Below, in pieces: positions 19,294-29,284 of a stretch of DNA of 64,000 bases. Each line of letters begins with the position of its first letter. The stretch's first letter is position 1. Origin of the DNA: a virus; IMG/VR virus record IMGVR_UViG_3300050138_000176, positions 1-64,000 of that record. One strand, written 5' to 3'. The position numbers were made by a program, and so were the translations under genes. The notes below the pieces were generated by a model, which was not told the DNA's origin, made no database searches, and saw only the letters and a program-made list of their open reading frames with translations.

Positions 19294-20477
19294 AAAACAC
19301 TCTCGCCATATTTTTGCTGTGTTGCTTTAGCGCGTTCGCCGACACGCCATCCGTCACGCCCGGCAATCCAGGCGACCCAACCACACTCAACACGTTCTAC
19401 GCTTACACGGACTCGCATTTGATCTACTGGTTTCCAACGATCACAACCAACTGCGTTGGCTTGAATGAGATTGGCGGCGGTCAACTGGACTCGGTGAATA
19501 CCTTCTCGCCTTTGCAGGTTTCATTCGCGGTGTCCAATACTTCCTCCGTGGACTGGGAATCGGTGCATCAGGCTTATGGCACGTATCTCGTTTCTGCCAC
19601 TGATGGCCGGACTAATTATTTCGGTGCGCGTTCAGTGCAAGGCAGCTACCCGAACGGACTCTACCCGCGCAGCAGCCCGACGTTTTACCTCGTCACGCTG
19701 CCCTACGTAACGAACTGGTTTATCACTATCCGGCTGGCGATGGATGATGGGTTCTCCGGCCTGATGGCCGGAATCGACCTGCCGACTGGCGCGTCTTTGA
19801 TGGCAACCAACACTTTCCCGGCCCAGCGCAAGCTCGTTGTGTTCGGCGACTCTTACGCGAAAGGATACGACCCGCAATCAGGGCAGTCCTATCCGAACGA
19901 CGGCGCGCAGTTCCTGAGCGGGTTCGCAATGGACTTGGAGCAGCTTGGCTCCAATATAAAAGTATTTCCGGCAGGCGTCGGCGGCCAGGGCTACGTGACC
20001 ACGAACGGCACGCCTTCAACCTACCAAGGCCGCACCACCAACGATGTCGCCAACATCGCGCCGCTTTTCGTTCTGGTGACAGGTTCGATAAATGATGAAG
20101 GAGTATCAACCAACACGCTCTACAACGCGGCCCTGCTGCTCTACGGCACGATCAAGAGCAACCTGCCGTCCGCGAACATCGCTGTCATAGGGACGTGGTA
20201 CAAGGACGCCTCGCCCAGCGCCTCCATGATCGCCAACGATCAAATGCAGCAGGCGGCGGCGGCGTTCTGGAGCTTGAACTATGTTTCCCCGGTTCAACAG
20301 GCGTGGGGACAAGGCGGTGTTGGAAGTGACGGGGTGCATCCAACCGCAGCGCAGTACATGAACTACGCGAACCGCATCAGCACGAACATGACATCTTGGT
20401 ACGGGACGAATTGGATTTTCAACTACACGCCGCCCGCGCCGCCGCCGAGCGGGCGCATGGCGATTAGATGGAAATGA
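19290..20477 (+). CDS. Secreted SGNH/GDSL hydrolase
   Basis: Signal peptide AFA-D; FGDSY, GVGGQG, GSIND and DGVHP blocks. Confidence 0.9.
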   Translation: MKNTLAIFLLCCFSAFADTPSVTPGNPGDPTTLNTFYAYTDSHLIYWFPTITTNCVGLNEIGGGQLDSVNTFSPLQVSFAVSNTSSVDWESVHQAYGTYLVSATDGRTNYFGARSVQGSYPNGLYPRSSPTFYLVTLPYVTNWFITIRLAMDDGFSGLMAGIDLPTGASLMATNTFPAQRKLVVFGDSYAKGYDPQSGQSYPNDGAQFLSGFAMDLEQLGSNIKVFPAGVGGQGYVTTNGTPSTYQGRTTNDVANIAPLFVLVTGSINDEGVSTNTLYNAALLLYGTIKSNLPSANIAVIGTWYKDASPSASMIANDQMQQAAAAFWSLNYVSPVQQAWGQGGVGSDGVHPTAAQYMNYANRISTNMTSWYGTNWIFNYTPPAPPPSGRMAIRWK

Positions 20478-22399
20478 AGACCGCCTTCACCATCCTGCTG
20501 CTGTTCCTGCTGCTGTCGCCAGCGGCCCGCGCCGACACGGTGAACGTGGTAACGGACGAGGGAGCGGTCGCGGATTACGTGACGAACTACACGGCCAGCG
20601 TGGTCAGCAATTCAACCACTGTCACCATCAACAATCCAGGAACCAACACCTTCCACACTGGACAGGTCATCCAGCTCTTTGACGCAGGCACTAATGTTTT
20701 CAGCGGCACCAACCTGATCGTCGCCAGCCAGGACTTGATCTGCCTGATCCAGTCGGTATCGGCAGTAACCAACATCGTGCTGGCTTACCCGTGCGGCGTC
20801 ACCTCGACCAACATCCATTGCAGCATCGGAACGCAAAACCGGACGGCGGTGCAAAATGCCATCAATCTGGCGGAGACCGGGCCGGGCAACACCGTCTATT
20901 TTCCGGCCGGCAATTTCTTCTGGTGCCACCCGGACCTGCTCGATCCCACCATCGCCATGACGAGCGAGTTTCAAGCCCGGCCCGGCGTCACCGTCACCAG
21001 CGGCAGCCTCACCTTCATGGGCACGAACGGCACGCACCTGTTCAGCGCGGGCGCGGGCGTAAACCATCCATGCGCCGGAATGCCGGGCGGTTTCGCGGCG
21101 ATTGACCTGATGCGGTCAACGCTGTTCTGGATAACAGACGTGTCCGGCACTATGGCCAATCTTTCCGCGCCGCTAGTGTTCACGAATCTGGACATGGACG
21201 GCGGCGTGATGCCCGGCACCGGGCTGCAAGCGCACAATTACTTCCCGCCGCAGCAGATCGACGGACAGGGCTGGGACCCGAACCACGACGCCATCATCCA
21301 GGTGAATTCCGGTGCGAGCGGCAATCCGCAGTTTTGCAGCGTCATAATAACGAACTGTAGCTTCCATGGATGGCGCGGTGAAATGGTCAAGAGCGGGATC
21401 GGCAGCGGCGGCACCAACACCGCGATCAAGATATGGGGCAGTTCATTTTATGACGGCAACGCCAGCGGCATTAACTTCACCTTCACCATGGATGTGCAGG
21501 GATGTAATTTTACCAACCTGGTCAAGACGGTGGAGTTCGATCAGCACTACGCCACCGCAGGAAGCCTGTTCTCAAACTTGTTCTGGACGAACATTGTCTC
21601 AAATCCATTTTCAATCGTGGGATCCATCCTTGGAACGCCGCCCCAGCCGGTTATGATCTGCGGCGGAACAAACTACGGCATTTCCGACACCAGCCAGTAC
21701 ACGCTCTCGCCCGGCGAAAACATCACCTACTCAAACCTCACACTGTTCGGTCCCGCGACCGGCTTCCGCTTCACCGGCATCGGACTACAGCCCAGCGACG
21801 GATCAGCCTCCTATATCTCGAACATTGTCATCACCGGCATCACCGGAAACGACACTTTTGAAATGTTCTCTTTTGACGGCTATCCGGCCATGAATGTGAA
21901 GGTGAGCAACTGCACTGGGGCGTCCTCCTACTATTTTGCCGAGGCGGCTGGGTTTAAAAGCAACATCACGTTCACCGGATGCTCACACCCGCTGTCCATC
22001 GCCAGTTCCGTTGGCATCACCTCTGGAAATTATTTCCTTGTGGACACCAACAACAATTTTTTATACATCCCCATAGTGGACAATGTGGGCAAAAGCAACC
22101 TGGTGCAATACATCGAAGGCCCGTTGTGGAGCCTGCAACCAAATGCCGCCGGCTGCGTCTATGCCGCAAGGGACGATGACGCAGCGCTGATTCCGGCCGG
22201 AGCGCAGCTCAGGCAGCGCAATGACGGAACGCAGTCGTGCCAGTATTACTTTTCCAACACTCGCACCACGATTCCTGCCACCATTGCGCCCGCCGCCATC
22301 CTCACAGCATTTTGGTCCGGCAGCGCCTGGTCCACCAACCTGCCGACGTTCGGCACGCTGTCGAGCGGCCTGATCATCAAAGGAATATCAGTCAAATGA
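20474..22399 (+). CDS. Secreted right-handed beta-helix (pectate-lyase-like depolymerase)
   Basis: Signal peptide ARA-D; VNVVTDEGAVAD, TAVQNAIN.A..G.GNTVYFPAGNF, Asn-ladder repeats. Confidence 0.8.
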   Translation: MKTAFTILLLFLLLSPAARADTVNVVTDEGAVADYVTNYTASVVSNSTTVTINNPGTNTFHTGQVIQLFDAGTNVFSGTNLIVASQDLICLIQSVSAVTNIVLAYPCGVTSTNIHCSIGTQNRTAVQNAINLAETGPGNTVYFPAGNFFWCHPDLLDPTIAMTSEFQARPGVTVTSGSLTFMGTNGTHLFSAGAGVNHPCAGMPGGFAAIDLMRSTLFWITDVSGTMANLSAPLVFTNLDMDGGVMPGTGLQAHNYFPPQQIDGQGWDPNHDAIIQVNSGASGNPQFCSVIITNCSFHGWRGEMVKSGIGSGGTNTAIKIWGSSFYDGNASGINFTFTMDVQGCNFTNLVKTVEFDQHYATAGSLFSNLFWTNIVSNPFSIVGSILGTPPQPVMICGGTNYGISDTSQYTLSPGENITYSNLTLFGPATGFRFTGIGLQPSDGSASYISNIVITGITGNDTFEMFSFDGYPAMNVKVSNCTGASSYYFAEAAGFKSNITFTGCSHPLSIASSVGITSGNYFLVDTNNNFLYIPIVDNVGKSNLVQYIEGPLWSLQPNAAGCVYAARDDDAALIPAGAQLRQRNDGTQSCQYYFSNTRTTIPATIAPAAILTAFWSGSAWSTNLPTFGTLSSGLIIKGISVK

Positions 22400-22854
22400 A
22401 ACCCGATATGACTCTTGGAATTAAAGCAACCGGGCACTGGTCGGACAAGGCCGTGGCCGACCTGTCCGCCGCCATGGCCGCGATGCGCCGCCGCGTGACC
22501 GTGCTGATCGTCGAGGACAACGCGGACGAGGCGTTCGTGCTGGCCGAGATGTTGAAAGGCTACCCGTGCGACGTGGAGACCGTCCGGGACGCCGGCTCCT
22601 TCTACCAGTTTATCGCTGACAACAGGAAGCCGATAGACCTCACCTTCCTGGACATCCGCCTCAACAACGCGGACGGCCTCGACCTGATTAAGACCGCCAA
22701 CAAGGCTGGCACCATACTTAAATTCATCGTGCTCACCGGCTATCCAAGTGAAGAAATGAGCCTGCGGGCGCGGGAGCTTGGAGCCGTGGCGGTGTTCATC
22801 AAACCGCCAACCACCGAGCAAATGGACGCGCTGTTCGGCCAAATCAGCAAATGA
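22396..22854 (+). CDS. Stand-alone response regulator receiver (CheY-like)
   Basis: VLIVEDN, LTFLDIRL..ADGL, IVLTG and FIKP: all catalytic positions are present. Confidence 0.9.
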   Translation: MKPDMTLGIKATGHWSDKAVADLSAAMAAMRRRVTVLIVEDNADEAFVLAEMLKGYPCDVETVRDAGSFYQFIADNRKPIDLTFLDIRLNNADGLDLIKTANKAGTILKFIVLTGYPSEEMSLRARELGAVAVFIKPPTTEQMDALFGQISK

Positions 22855-23171
22855 ATATGGAAGACTATCAATACAAGAACATCGTCGAACAGCTTGCCGA
22901 GATTAACGGACGCCTCAAGGTGGTCGAGGACGCGCTGCGCGGCGACCCGATGAAGGGCGTGGACGGCGTCATGGGCAACCAGCGCAAGATGCTGGTGGAC
23001 TTGTACGGGACTCCAGAAACAAGGGTGAACGCCATCGTCACCAGGCTGTCCGCCGTCGAGGACAAGGACAACCGCCGCATGTGGTTCATCAGCGGCTGGG
23101 CCGCCGGGGCCGGCGTTGTGGCATCGCTGGTATTTGGTGCGGTCAAAGCATTCTTCTTCAAGGAGAAATGA
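22851..23171 (+). CDS. Coiled-coil protein with C-terminal transmembrane segment (holin/XhlA-like)
   Basis: Coiled N-terminus, one C-terminal TM helix, basic tail. Confidence 0.5.
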   Translation: MNMEDYQYKNIVEQLAEINGRLKVVEDALRGDPMKGVDGVMGNQRKMLVDLYGTPETRVNAIVTRLSAVEDKDNRRMWFISGWAAGAGVVASLVFGAVKAFFFKEK

Positions 23172-23638
23172 ATACCAATTCCATCACCGAGCAGCCGGCA
23201 GGCGTATTCCCGGCGACCTGGCTCGCGCTGGCTCCGTTCCTGCTCGTGCTGGCGCTGCTGGTCGCCGCCGTGTTCGTGCTGCCCATCATGCAGAAGCGGG
23301 TGCTCGGCCTGGACCCGACATTCGTGAAGATGGTCGCCGGGACGTGCCTGGCCGCATTTATTTTTTCGCAGGCATGGTTTTCGCAAATGGATAGCTTCAA
23401 GTATGTGAACCCGTACGCGCTCTACTGGCTCAAGTACGGGTTCGGAATCGCGGCGGCCATGCTGTTGACATTGGACAAGTTCTTATCAAAAGACTACGCG
23501 GAGCACGAGCAGAAGGCAAAGGACGCGGCCAGCCACAAGGTCACGGAGACCGAGACGGACATTCATTCAAAGTCGGTGCTGAGAGATCCACCACAACAAC
23601 TGCCGGACACCACGGCGCAACCAAAAGACAAACCATGA
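23168..23638 (+). CDS. Three-TM membrane protein, holin candidate
   Basis: Three hydrophobic segments and a charged C-terminus; AAGGAG ribosome-binding site. Confidence 0.5.
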   Translation: MNTNSITEQPAGVFPATWLALAPFLLVLALLVAAVFVLPIMQKRVLGLDPTFVKMVAGTCLAAFIFSQAWFSQMDSFKYVNPYALYWLKYGFGIAAAMLLTLDKFLSKDYAEHEQKAKDAASHKVTETETDIHSKSVLRDPPQQLPDTTAQPKDKP

Positions 23639-23877
23639 AACTAATTGCAGACATATCAGTCGGAAGCGGCAGCGGCCTGATCCATTCGCTGCTCGCGGTG
23701 CTCATTGTGGGCATCTGCATCGGAATCGTTTACGCCGTGGGTCGATGGTTCATTCTGAAGCTCACCCAGTCCGCGCTGGTGATGACCGTCTGGAACGGGT
23801 TCTTCATCCTGGTCGGCGCAATCATTGTCATAAATTTTTTGATGTCTCTCACCGGACATCCATTCATCCAGTGGTAA
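23635..23877 (+). CDS. Small two-TM membrane protein
   Basis: Two long hydrophobic helices. Confidence 0.6.
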   Translation: MKLIADISVGSGSGLIHSLLAVLIVGICIGIVYAVGRWFILKLTQSALVMTVWNGFFILVGAIIVINFLMSLTGHPFIQW

Positions 23878-23880
23878 GGC

Positions 23881-23909
23881 TTGACCCATGGCGGCGGTCG
23901 CCGTAACCT
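23881..23909 (+). promoter_or_regulatory. Putative sigma70-type promoter
   Basis: TTGACC...TAACCT just upstream of the 23921 start. Confidence 0.4.
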
Positions 23910-23920
23910 GACTGCCTATT

Positions 23921-24541
23921 ATGGATAATAAAACTACAAATCAACCAATCAAGATCAAGATGTCGGCGCTGCTCGACGGGCAGCGGTATCTCATGCAAGG
24001 CGGCCAGCAGGTGCTGTTCGTGCCATTCAACGAAGCCCTGCGCGCCCTGGCGAACGACCCGGTGCAGGAGTTCAAAACCAAGTACCGGGCCGGGCGGACG
24101 CTGGACCAGTGCGAGCGGCTGCTCAAGGACTTCGCCAAGACACGGGACGCGCTGATCGAGCAGCACGGCGTCAAGCAGTCCGTGGTGTTCGGCAGGCGCA
24201 AGGCTGAACTGGAGGCCATGATCGACCCTGCCGGACCGGGAGTGACCATCAAGGCGGTTGACCCCATAGCCAATGAACTCAAGCAACTCACGCAGCACCT
24301 GGAGGCCATCGCCAAGAACCCGGCGCTGGACGCCTACACAATCGACCCGCAGGACGTGGAGGCCAACGCGGCGTTCCGCAAGGACATGGACGAGGCTGCT
24401 GCGTCTGAGATCGAGCTGACGCACCTGGCAGGCCCGTTGAAGCTGGTCGAGTCCAAGACCGTGAAAGGCGAGGAGGTCGCCTGCGCGCTGACCGGCGAGC
24501 AACTGGCGCTGCTGGCCGACCTGATCGAGCCGCCGCAGTAA
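23921..24541 (+). CDS. Helical protein, probable tail assembly chaperone
   Basis: Lies directly before the tape measure gene; the function is inferred from position only. Confidence 0.45.
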   Translation: MDNKTTNQPIKIKMSALLDGQRYLMQGGQQVLFVPFNEALRALANDPVQEFKTKYRAGRTLDQCERLLKDFAKTRDALIEQHGVKQSVVFGRRKAELEAMIDPAGPGVTIKAVDPIANELKQLTQHLEAIAKNPALDAYTIDPQDVEANAAFRKDMDEAAASEIELTHLAGPLKLVESKTVKGEEVACALTGEQLALLADLIEPPQ

Positions 24542-24545
24542 CGCT

Positions 24546-26552
24546 ATGCCAGACCAGGAGTCACAATGGCGGATGGTGCTGAAGTTCGTGACCGAGGCCG
24601 CTGGCCTCAAGGACGCGACTCGTGGCCAGGCTGAACTGACGAAGCAGACCAACGCGCTGACCCAGGCCACCGAACGCTACAACGTGGTCGCGGCGAAGCA
24701 GCAGCGGATCAATAGCGACCTGGCGACAACCGCGTTCCAGAACAAGAAGGCTCCTGACCCGTTCAAGTTCACCGCGCAGGACGCAGCCGAAGGGCAGAAG
24801 CGTTACGACGCGATGCTGAAGCGGGCCGAAGGTCGCAGGATGGTGTACGAGGGCCGGGCCGCGCAGCAGAAGCGCGTCGATCAGCTCTCGTGGCAGTCCA
24901 AAGACTCCGACTTCCTGGACCCGTTCACGGCGAACGCCGGCAAGGCGGCGGCGGCCACGGAGAAGGTGGGCGCGGCGGCGGCGAAGGCCACCGGCCACGT
25001 CAGCGGCCTGTCGCGGGTCGTGAACCGGCTGGGGTCGGCGTTTGGTCTAAGCGGCATTGGTGGCGTTGCGATGGGAGGATTCGTGGCTGGTGCTTCGATT
25101 CTGGTTGGCATCCTGATAAAGATGGTTTCGGTGGCCAACGAGTTAGCCACGCAGATCAGGGACGTGCCGATTGGAAACTTGGTAAAGCAGTGGGAGAAAA
25201 TAAAGGAGGATACCTACGAAGCTGGGCAGGCCACCGACGCCTACTTCCGTTCCTTGCAGCGCATTCTGGCGCGTCCCGAAACCGAGGCCAGTAAAGCCGC
25301 CGCCCGGCTTGCCATGATTAAGGAAGTCGCGGACTACGAGGAGAAGACCGCCGACCACTCACACCAGATGAACCTGTTGCGGATACAGGAGGCCGAATCG
25401 CAGAACCTGATAAGTCACCAAGAAGCACTGCGGCGCAAGTTCCAAGAGGATGAAGCCTACGAGCTAAAGAAGCTGGCGCTCGAACTCAAGAGCCTGCAAA
25501 CCGAACTTGATTCCAAGAAGGAACTCCTCGAAGCGCAGACCGGCCAAGCGATGGATCTTGGCGATCAAATTAAAAAAGCGTCAGATACCGCTACAGCCGC
25601 CGGGGCGAAGGCGTCGTTGAAGCGCGCCACCTACGATCGTGACTTGAAGCACAAGGAGGCATTGGAGAAGCAGGTGGCTGACTACGACGCACAAATAGCC
25701 GACGCGACCGCGAGCATCAACGCCACCGACAAGTTTACGGGGGCGACCTACGGTTCTAAAGCGTCGCAGGCCGCGTCACTGCACCAATATGTCAAGTTGT
25801 GGGGAACGCACGGCGTTCCGGGAGCGCAAGACGTGCCGGGTCTGGAGGATAACAGGAGCAAGGCCAGCGACGAGCTAGGTGCATTCAGGAGCGGACTGGA
25901 TAAGGAATTAAAAGCCGCCCAAGACGCTGAGAAAGCGGATACTCTGGCAAAGGAGGCCGCGCAGGAACTCAAGACACAGTTCGACGCGCTGACAACTTCC
26001 ATTGCCGCGTTGCGGATAGAGATACCGAACTTAACCAACCTGACTGGACGCAAGGCTGCGGACATTACCGCTGAGGAGCGAGACGCGCATAGGAAAATGG
26101 TTCAGGAGCGGGTTGCCTCAGTGGCGGCTAAAGAAGCAGCGAAAGACATCGCGCCAGGTGGTGCTGGTTCGATACTTATGTGGGGAACTGACAAGGCGAA
26201 ATGGGATAGAACCGCGCCTCAGAATCGCGGTGGAATGAACCCGCCACAGCCGTACTTCAACCCGTCCCTCGTGGACCCGGTTTCCGGTATGCCCTACCCT
26301 GCCGGTCAGAAGCTCAATCAGGATCAATGGAACGTGCGGCAGTACGGCAACCGGGCGCCTGGCGGTGCTGGCAACGACTACTCCCAGATTCCTGGTGAAT
26401 TGCAGCCGTTGGCAGAGAGCATTAGTAAGGAAACCGCCAACCTGAATAAAGGGATTTTTACAGGATTCTCCAGCGTTCACGACGAGCTAATTGATATCAA
26501 TCGCAAAATAGCCGAGTTCAACGAGCGCATGAAGGACATGCGGAATAACTGA
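24546..26552 (+). CDS. Tape measure protein
   Basis: Long Ala/Lys/Glu-rich coiled coil with a Gly-rich hydrophobic segment, followed by tail-tip genes. Confidence 0.7.
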   Translation: MPDQESQWRMVLKFVTEAAGLKDATRGQAELTKQTNALTQATERYNVVAAKQQRINSDLATTAFQNKKAPDPFKFTAQDAAEGQKRYDAMLKRAEGRRMVYEGRAAQQKRVDQLSWQSKDSDFLDPFTANAGKAAAATEKVGAAAAKATGHVSGLSRVVNRLGSAFGLSGIGGVAMGGFVAGASILVGILIKMVSVANELATQIRDVPIGNLVKQWEKIKEDTYEAGQATDAYFRSLQRILARPETEASKAAARLAMIKEVADYEEKTADHSHQMNLLRIQEAESQNLISHQEALRRKFQEDEAYELKKLALELKSLQTELDSKKELLEAQTGQAMDLGDQIKKASDTATAAGAKASLKRATYDRDLKHKEALEKQVADYDAQIADATASINATDKFTGATYGSKASQAASLHQYVKLWGTHGVPGAQDVPGLEDNRSKASDELGAFRSGLDKELKAAQDAEKADTLAKEAAQELKTQFDALTTSIAALRIEIPNLTNLTGRKAADITAEERDAHRKMVQERVASVAAKEAAKDIAPGGAGSILMWGTDKAKWDRTAPQNRGGMNPPQPYFNPSLVDPVSGMPYPAGQKLNQDQWNVRQYGNRAPGGAGNDYSQIPGELQPLAESISKETANLNKGIFTGFSSVHDELIDINRKIAEFNERMKDMRNN

Positions 26553-26556
26553 CACC

Positions 26557-28677
26557 ATGCCCACCATCGGCACAAACCTCTGGACGCTGACCTACGACCC
26601 GACCGGCGCCAACGTGGAGCAGGCGCTGGCCGACTGGGGCATAACCGGCATGCGGATCGAGTACGTGTCGCAGGCGATGGACACCGTGGCGTTCCGGCTC
26701 GCCGGCTCCAATGTGGACGACCCTCTGGTGTTCGCGTTCCTGAAGGAGTGTGTCATCAAGAGCGGCCGCACCAGCACCGACGGCGTGGTGTTCAGCGGCG
26801 GCAGGTCCCGGTTCCGCGGCCTGGTGCTTGAGCCGAAGCGGGCAGCTCAGGGAGGCGACGAGTCCATGACCTACAAGCTCGGCGGCCCGTGGTGGTACTT
26901 CGAGAATCTGACCGCCGAGGTGGATTTCAAGATCATCACCGCCATCGCTCCAGGCGGCGCCATCACCTACGCGACCTTCCGCAGCACCCATTTCCTGCTG
27001 AATTGGAATGCGCAGAACCTGCGGCAGACCACCGGACAAATAATTGAGGAGATGGTGAAACTCAGCATCACCACCGGCGCGCCGATGCAGATTCTGCCGG
27101 ACGAGACCCGCACTGTGATCAACCTGCCAGGAGAGAACGATGGAACGGCGCTGTGCAGCGCAGGGATACGAAGCGACCTCTACGTGCCGCTGGATGAGGT
27201 GAACACAATCTCGGTCGCGGAATGTATCCGTAAAATGTTCCGCTGGACTCCGGACTTGGTTTCATGGTTCGACTACACGACCGACCCATACCCGACGTTC
27301 CGCTGCTGCCGCCACACGGACATGGCGCAGGTTAACATCGACCTATTGGATGGTGGTGACGTGGCCGGAGTGTCCATCACCAGCGCCACGCTGACGCCGC
27401 GCTACGACCTCCAGCGGCCGTTCGTGAAATTCATCTTCGAGACCACCAACGAGCTGAACGGTCAGAGCACATTCCTGCTCAGTTACCAGACCTACCCGCC
27501 CAGCCCGGACACCACCGGCATCGGCGCGTTCCGTGGCCTGGAGATGACGGTGGCGTTGCAGGGCGCCAACGTGCATACCACCGATGCCACATTGACAAGC
27601 CAGGTGCTGCCGGTTTTCGGTGTAAGTTCATCCGCCGACCTGGCCTACATCAAAGGCAAGTGCAACTGGTTTGCGGATAAGACTGTCGCAGCGCTCACCG
27701 TGAACAGCGTCTCGTTCCAGCAGGCCGACCCGAACGCGGCTCCAGTGGCGTTCTCTCCCACTTACAATTACGAGATCGTGCAGGGCGGCATCACGCCGTG
27801 GATGAGCCAGGGCGGCGTCCCGGCCCTGTGGGATTCGCAGATAGCGATATTCAACGTGGACTACACGCTGTCGAACGGCGAGTTCACGAAGGGCCACAGC
27901 ATCCAGGTGGAGATACGGACGACCAACCTGAACACGAACGGCATCCGCAAGAAGTTCACCGAGGTCAGCGGCACGCCGTTCTCCGAGGCCGTTCCTTCCA
28001 ACCTGGCGCAGGAGTTCTACAACGCGGTCAACGTGCTCCAATGGGACGGCGAGCTGAAGTGCAAGCAGGACGAGGCGGACTGGCTCGACCTGGACGGCGC
28101 ACCGGTCGGCATCGGGTGCGCGCTCAACATCGACGACAGCGCGCAGTTTGCCGGCATGGCCGCCACGATCCAGCAGGTGCGCGTGGATGTGGACACCGGC
28201 AAGACTACGGTGAAGATCGGCCCGAACCGGATGCTGACGGTGAACGACATTGTGGACTTGATGCGGGTCGTGCGGCGGCGGCTGGTGCTGCTGCCTCTGT
28301 CCACGATGACCGGCGGCACGCTCGGCGGCGGCACGTCGCTGGCCCTGGCGGACGCCTACCCGGCCGGCAAGGGGGCGGCGGGCGCCGGCTACAAGCCGGT
28401 GGCCGTGGCCTCGGACAACGGCGGCGCAACGAACAACTACGTGGCGATGAACACGAACCCGCTGGCGTCCGGTCCGGGAGCCGGGTCATGGGGTCTGCTA
28501 GTGCAGCAGGCTGGTGACAATCTTATCAATGTGAGTTACCCGGACGCCATCATAAACGGCGTCAAGCGGCCGGTTGCGCTGCGGCTCTACGACGTATGCA
28601 CCTACGACCCGGCCACTGGAGCGCCGACCGTGCAGCAATGCGTGCTGCTCGGCTCTGTGCCGTTCCCAAAGACGTGA
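26557..28677 (+). CDS. Tail hub / tip protein
   Basis: Follows the tape measure gene; hub-like motifs (RFRGLVLE, YKLGGPWW, IQQVRVDVDTGKTTVKIG). Confidence 0.6.
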   Translation: MPTIGTNLWTLTYDPTGANVEQALADWGITGMRIEYVSQAMDTVAFRLAGSNVDDPLVFAFLKECVIKSGRTSTDGVVFSGGRSRFRGLVLEPKRAAQGGDESMTYKLGGPWWYFENLTAEVDFKIITAIAPGGAITYATFRSTHFLLNWNAQNLRQTTGQIIEEMVKLSITTGAPMQILPDETRTVINLPGENDGTALCSAGIRSDLYVPLDEVNTISVAECIRKMFRWTPDLVSWFDYTTDPYPTFRCCRHTDMAQVNIDLLDGGDVAGVSITSATLTPRYDLQRPFVKFIFETTNELNGQSTFLLSYQTYPPSPDTTGIGAFRGLEMTVALQGANVHTTDATLTSQVLPVFGVSSSADLAYIKGKCNWFADKTVAALTVNSVSFQQADPNAAPVAFSPTYNYEIVQGGITPWMSQGGVPALWDSQIAIFNVDYTLSNGEFTKGHSIQVEIRTTNLNTNGIRKKFTEVSGTPFSEAVPSNLAQEFYNAVNVLQWDGELKCKQDEADWLDLDGAPVGIGCALNIDDSAQFAGMAATIQQVRVDVDTGKTTVKIGPNRMLTVNDIVDLMRVVRRRLVLLPLSTMTGGTLGGGTSLALADAYPAGKGAAGAGYKPVAVASDNGGATNNYVAMNTNPLASGPGAGSWGLLVQQAGDNLINVSYPDAIINGVKRPVALRLYDVCTYDPATGAPTVQQCVLLGSVPFPKT

Positions 28678-28931
28678 ACACCATAGCCAAACTCGTTATT
28701 CTGTTCTGCTGCTTTGCCGGACTGGTTCTGGTTGAGAAGTGGCGCGGCGACCGATTGCAGACAGACTGGGACTACAACCGACGCTCTTTGTGGTTCGAGT
28801 TCCATCATGGCGGCGGGGAAACTATAATTGGCGCTGGTTGGGAAAAGCATTACCCAGTCAACGGTGGATATGATGACGGGTTTTGGAAGCCTTTCTACCT
28901 ATGCGAATCTTGGCATACATCGTCGTATTGA
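28674..28931 (+). CDS. Small membrane-anchored hypothetical protein
   Basis: GTGA overlap; N-terminal hydrophobic stretch. Confidence 0.45.
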   Translation: MNTIAKLVILFCCFAGLVLVEKWRGDRLQTDWDYNRRSLWFEFHHGGGETIIGAGWEKHYPVNGGYDDGFWKPFYLCESWHTSSY

Positions 28932-29284
28932 TTCCTATTTATCTGACCGGCTGCGCCACCGCTCCAGTCACGCCAGTTCTGCCTCCTGTCACCTCGTCGC
29001 CGGCGCGGCCACCGCTGCCGACCATGCCGCCGGGCATGACAGGACATGCGCAACCAGAGGCCGCTCCACAGTCCGTGCCAGTTCAACAGAAGGCGCATAC
29101 AACCGTCGTCGCCGCCGACTGGCCGCCGGTGCCGGGCACCGGGTTCTTTCAGAGCTCGACCGACCTGGTTCATTGGACCACGTTCTACTCGTTCCAAGTG
29201 CCTGACGGCGGCGGCACGGTGACGGCTACCAACCTGTCTCCGGCATCCGTCATGTTCTACCGGGTCGGGAGGTCGGTTCCGTGA
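28901..29284 (+). CDS. Pro-rich lipoprotein
   Basis: MRILAYIVVLIPIYLTG-C lipobox; C-terminal QSSTDLVHWT...MFYRV motif. Confidence 0.7.
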   Translation: MRILAYIVVLIPIYLTGCATAPVTPVLPPVTSSPARPPLPTMPPGMTGHAQPEAAPQSVPVQQKAHTTVVAADWPPVPGTGFFQSSTDLVHWTTFYSFQVPDGGGTVTATNLSPASVMFYRVGRSVP

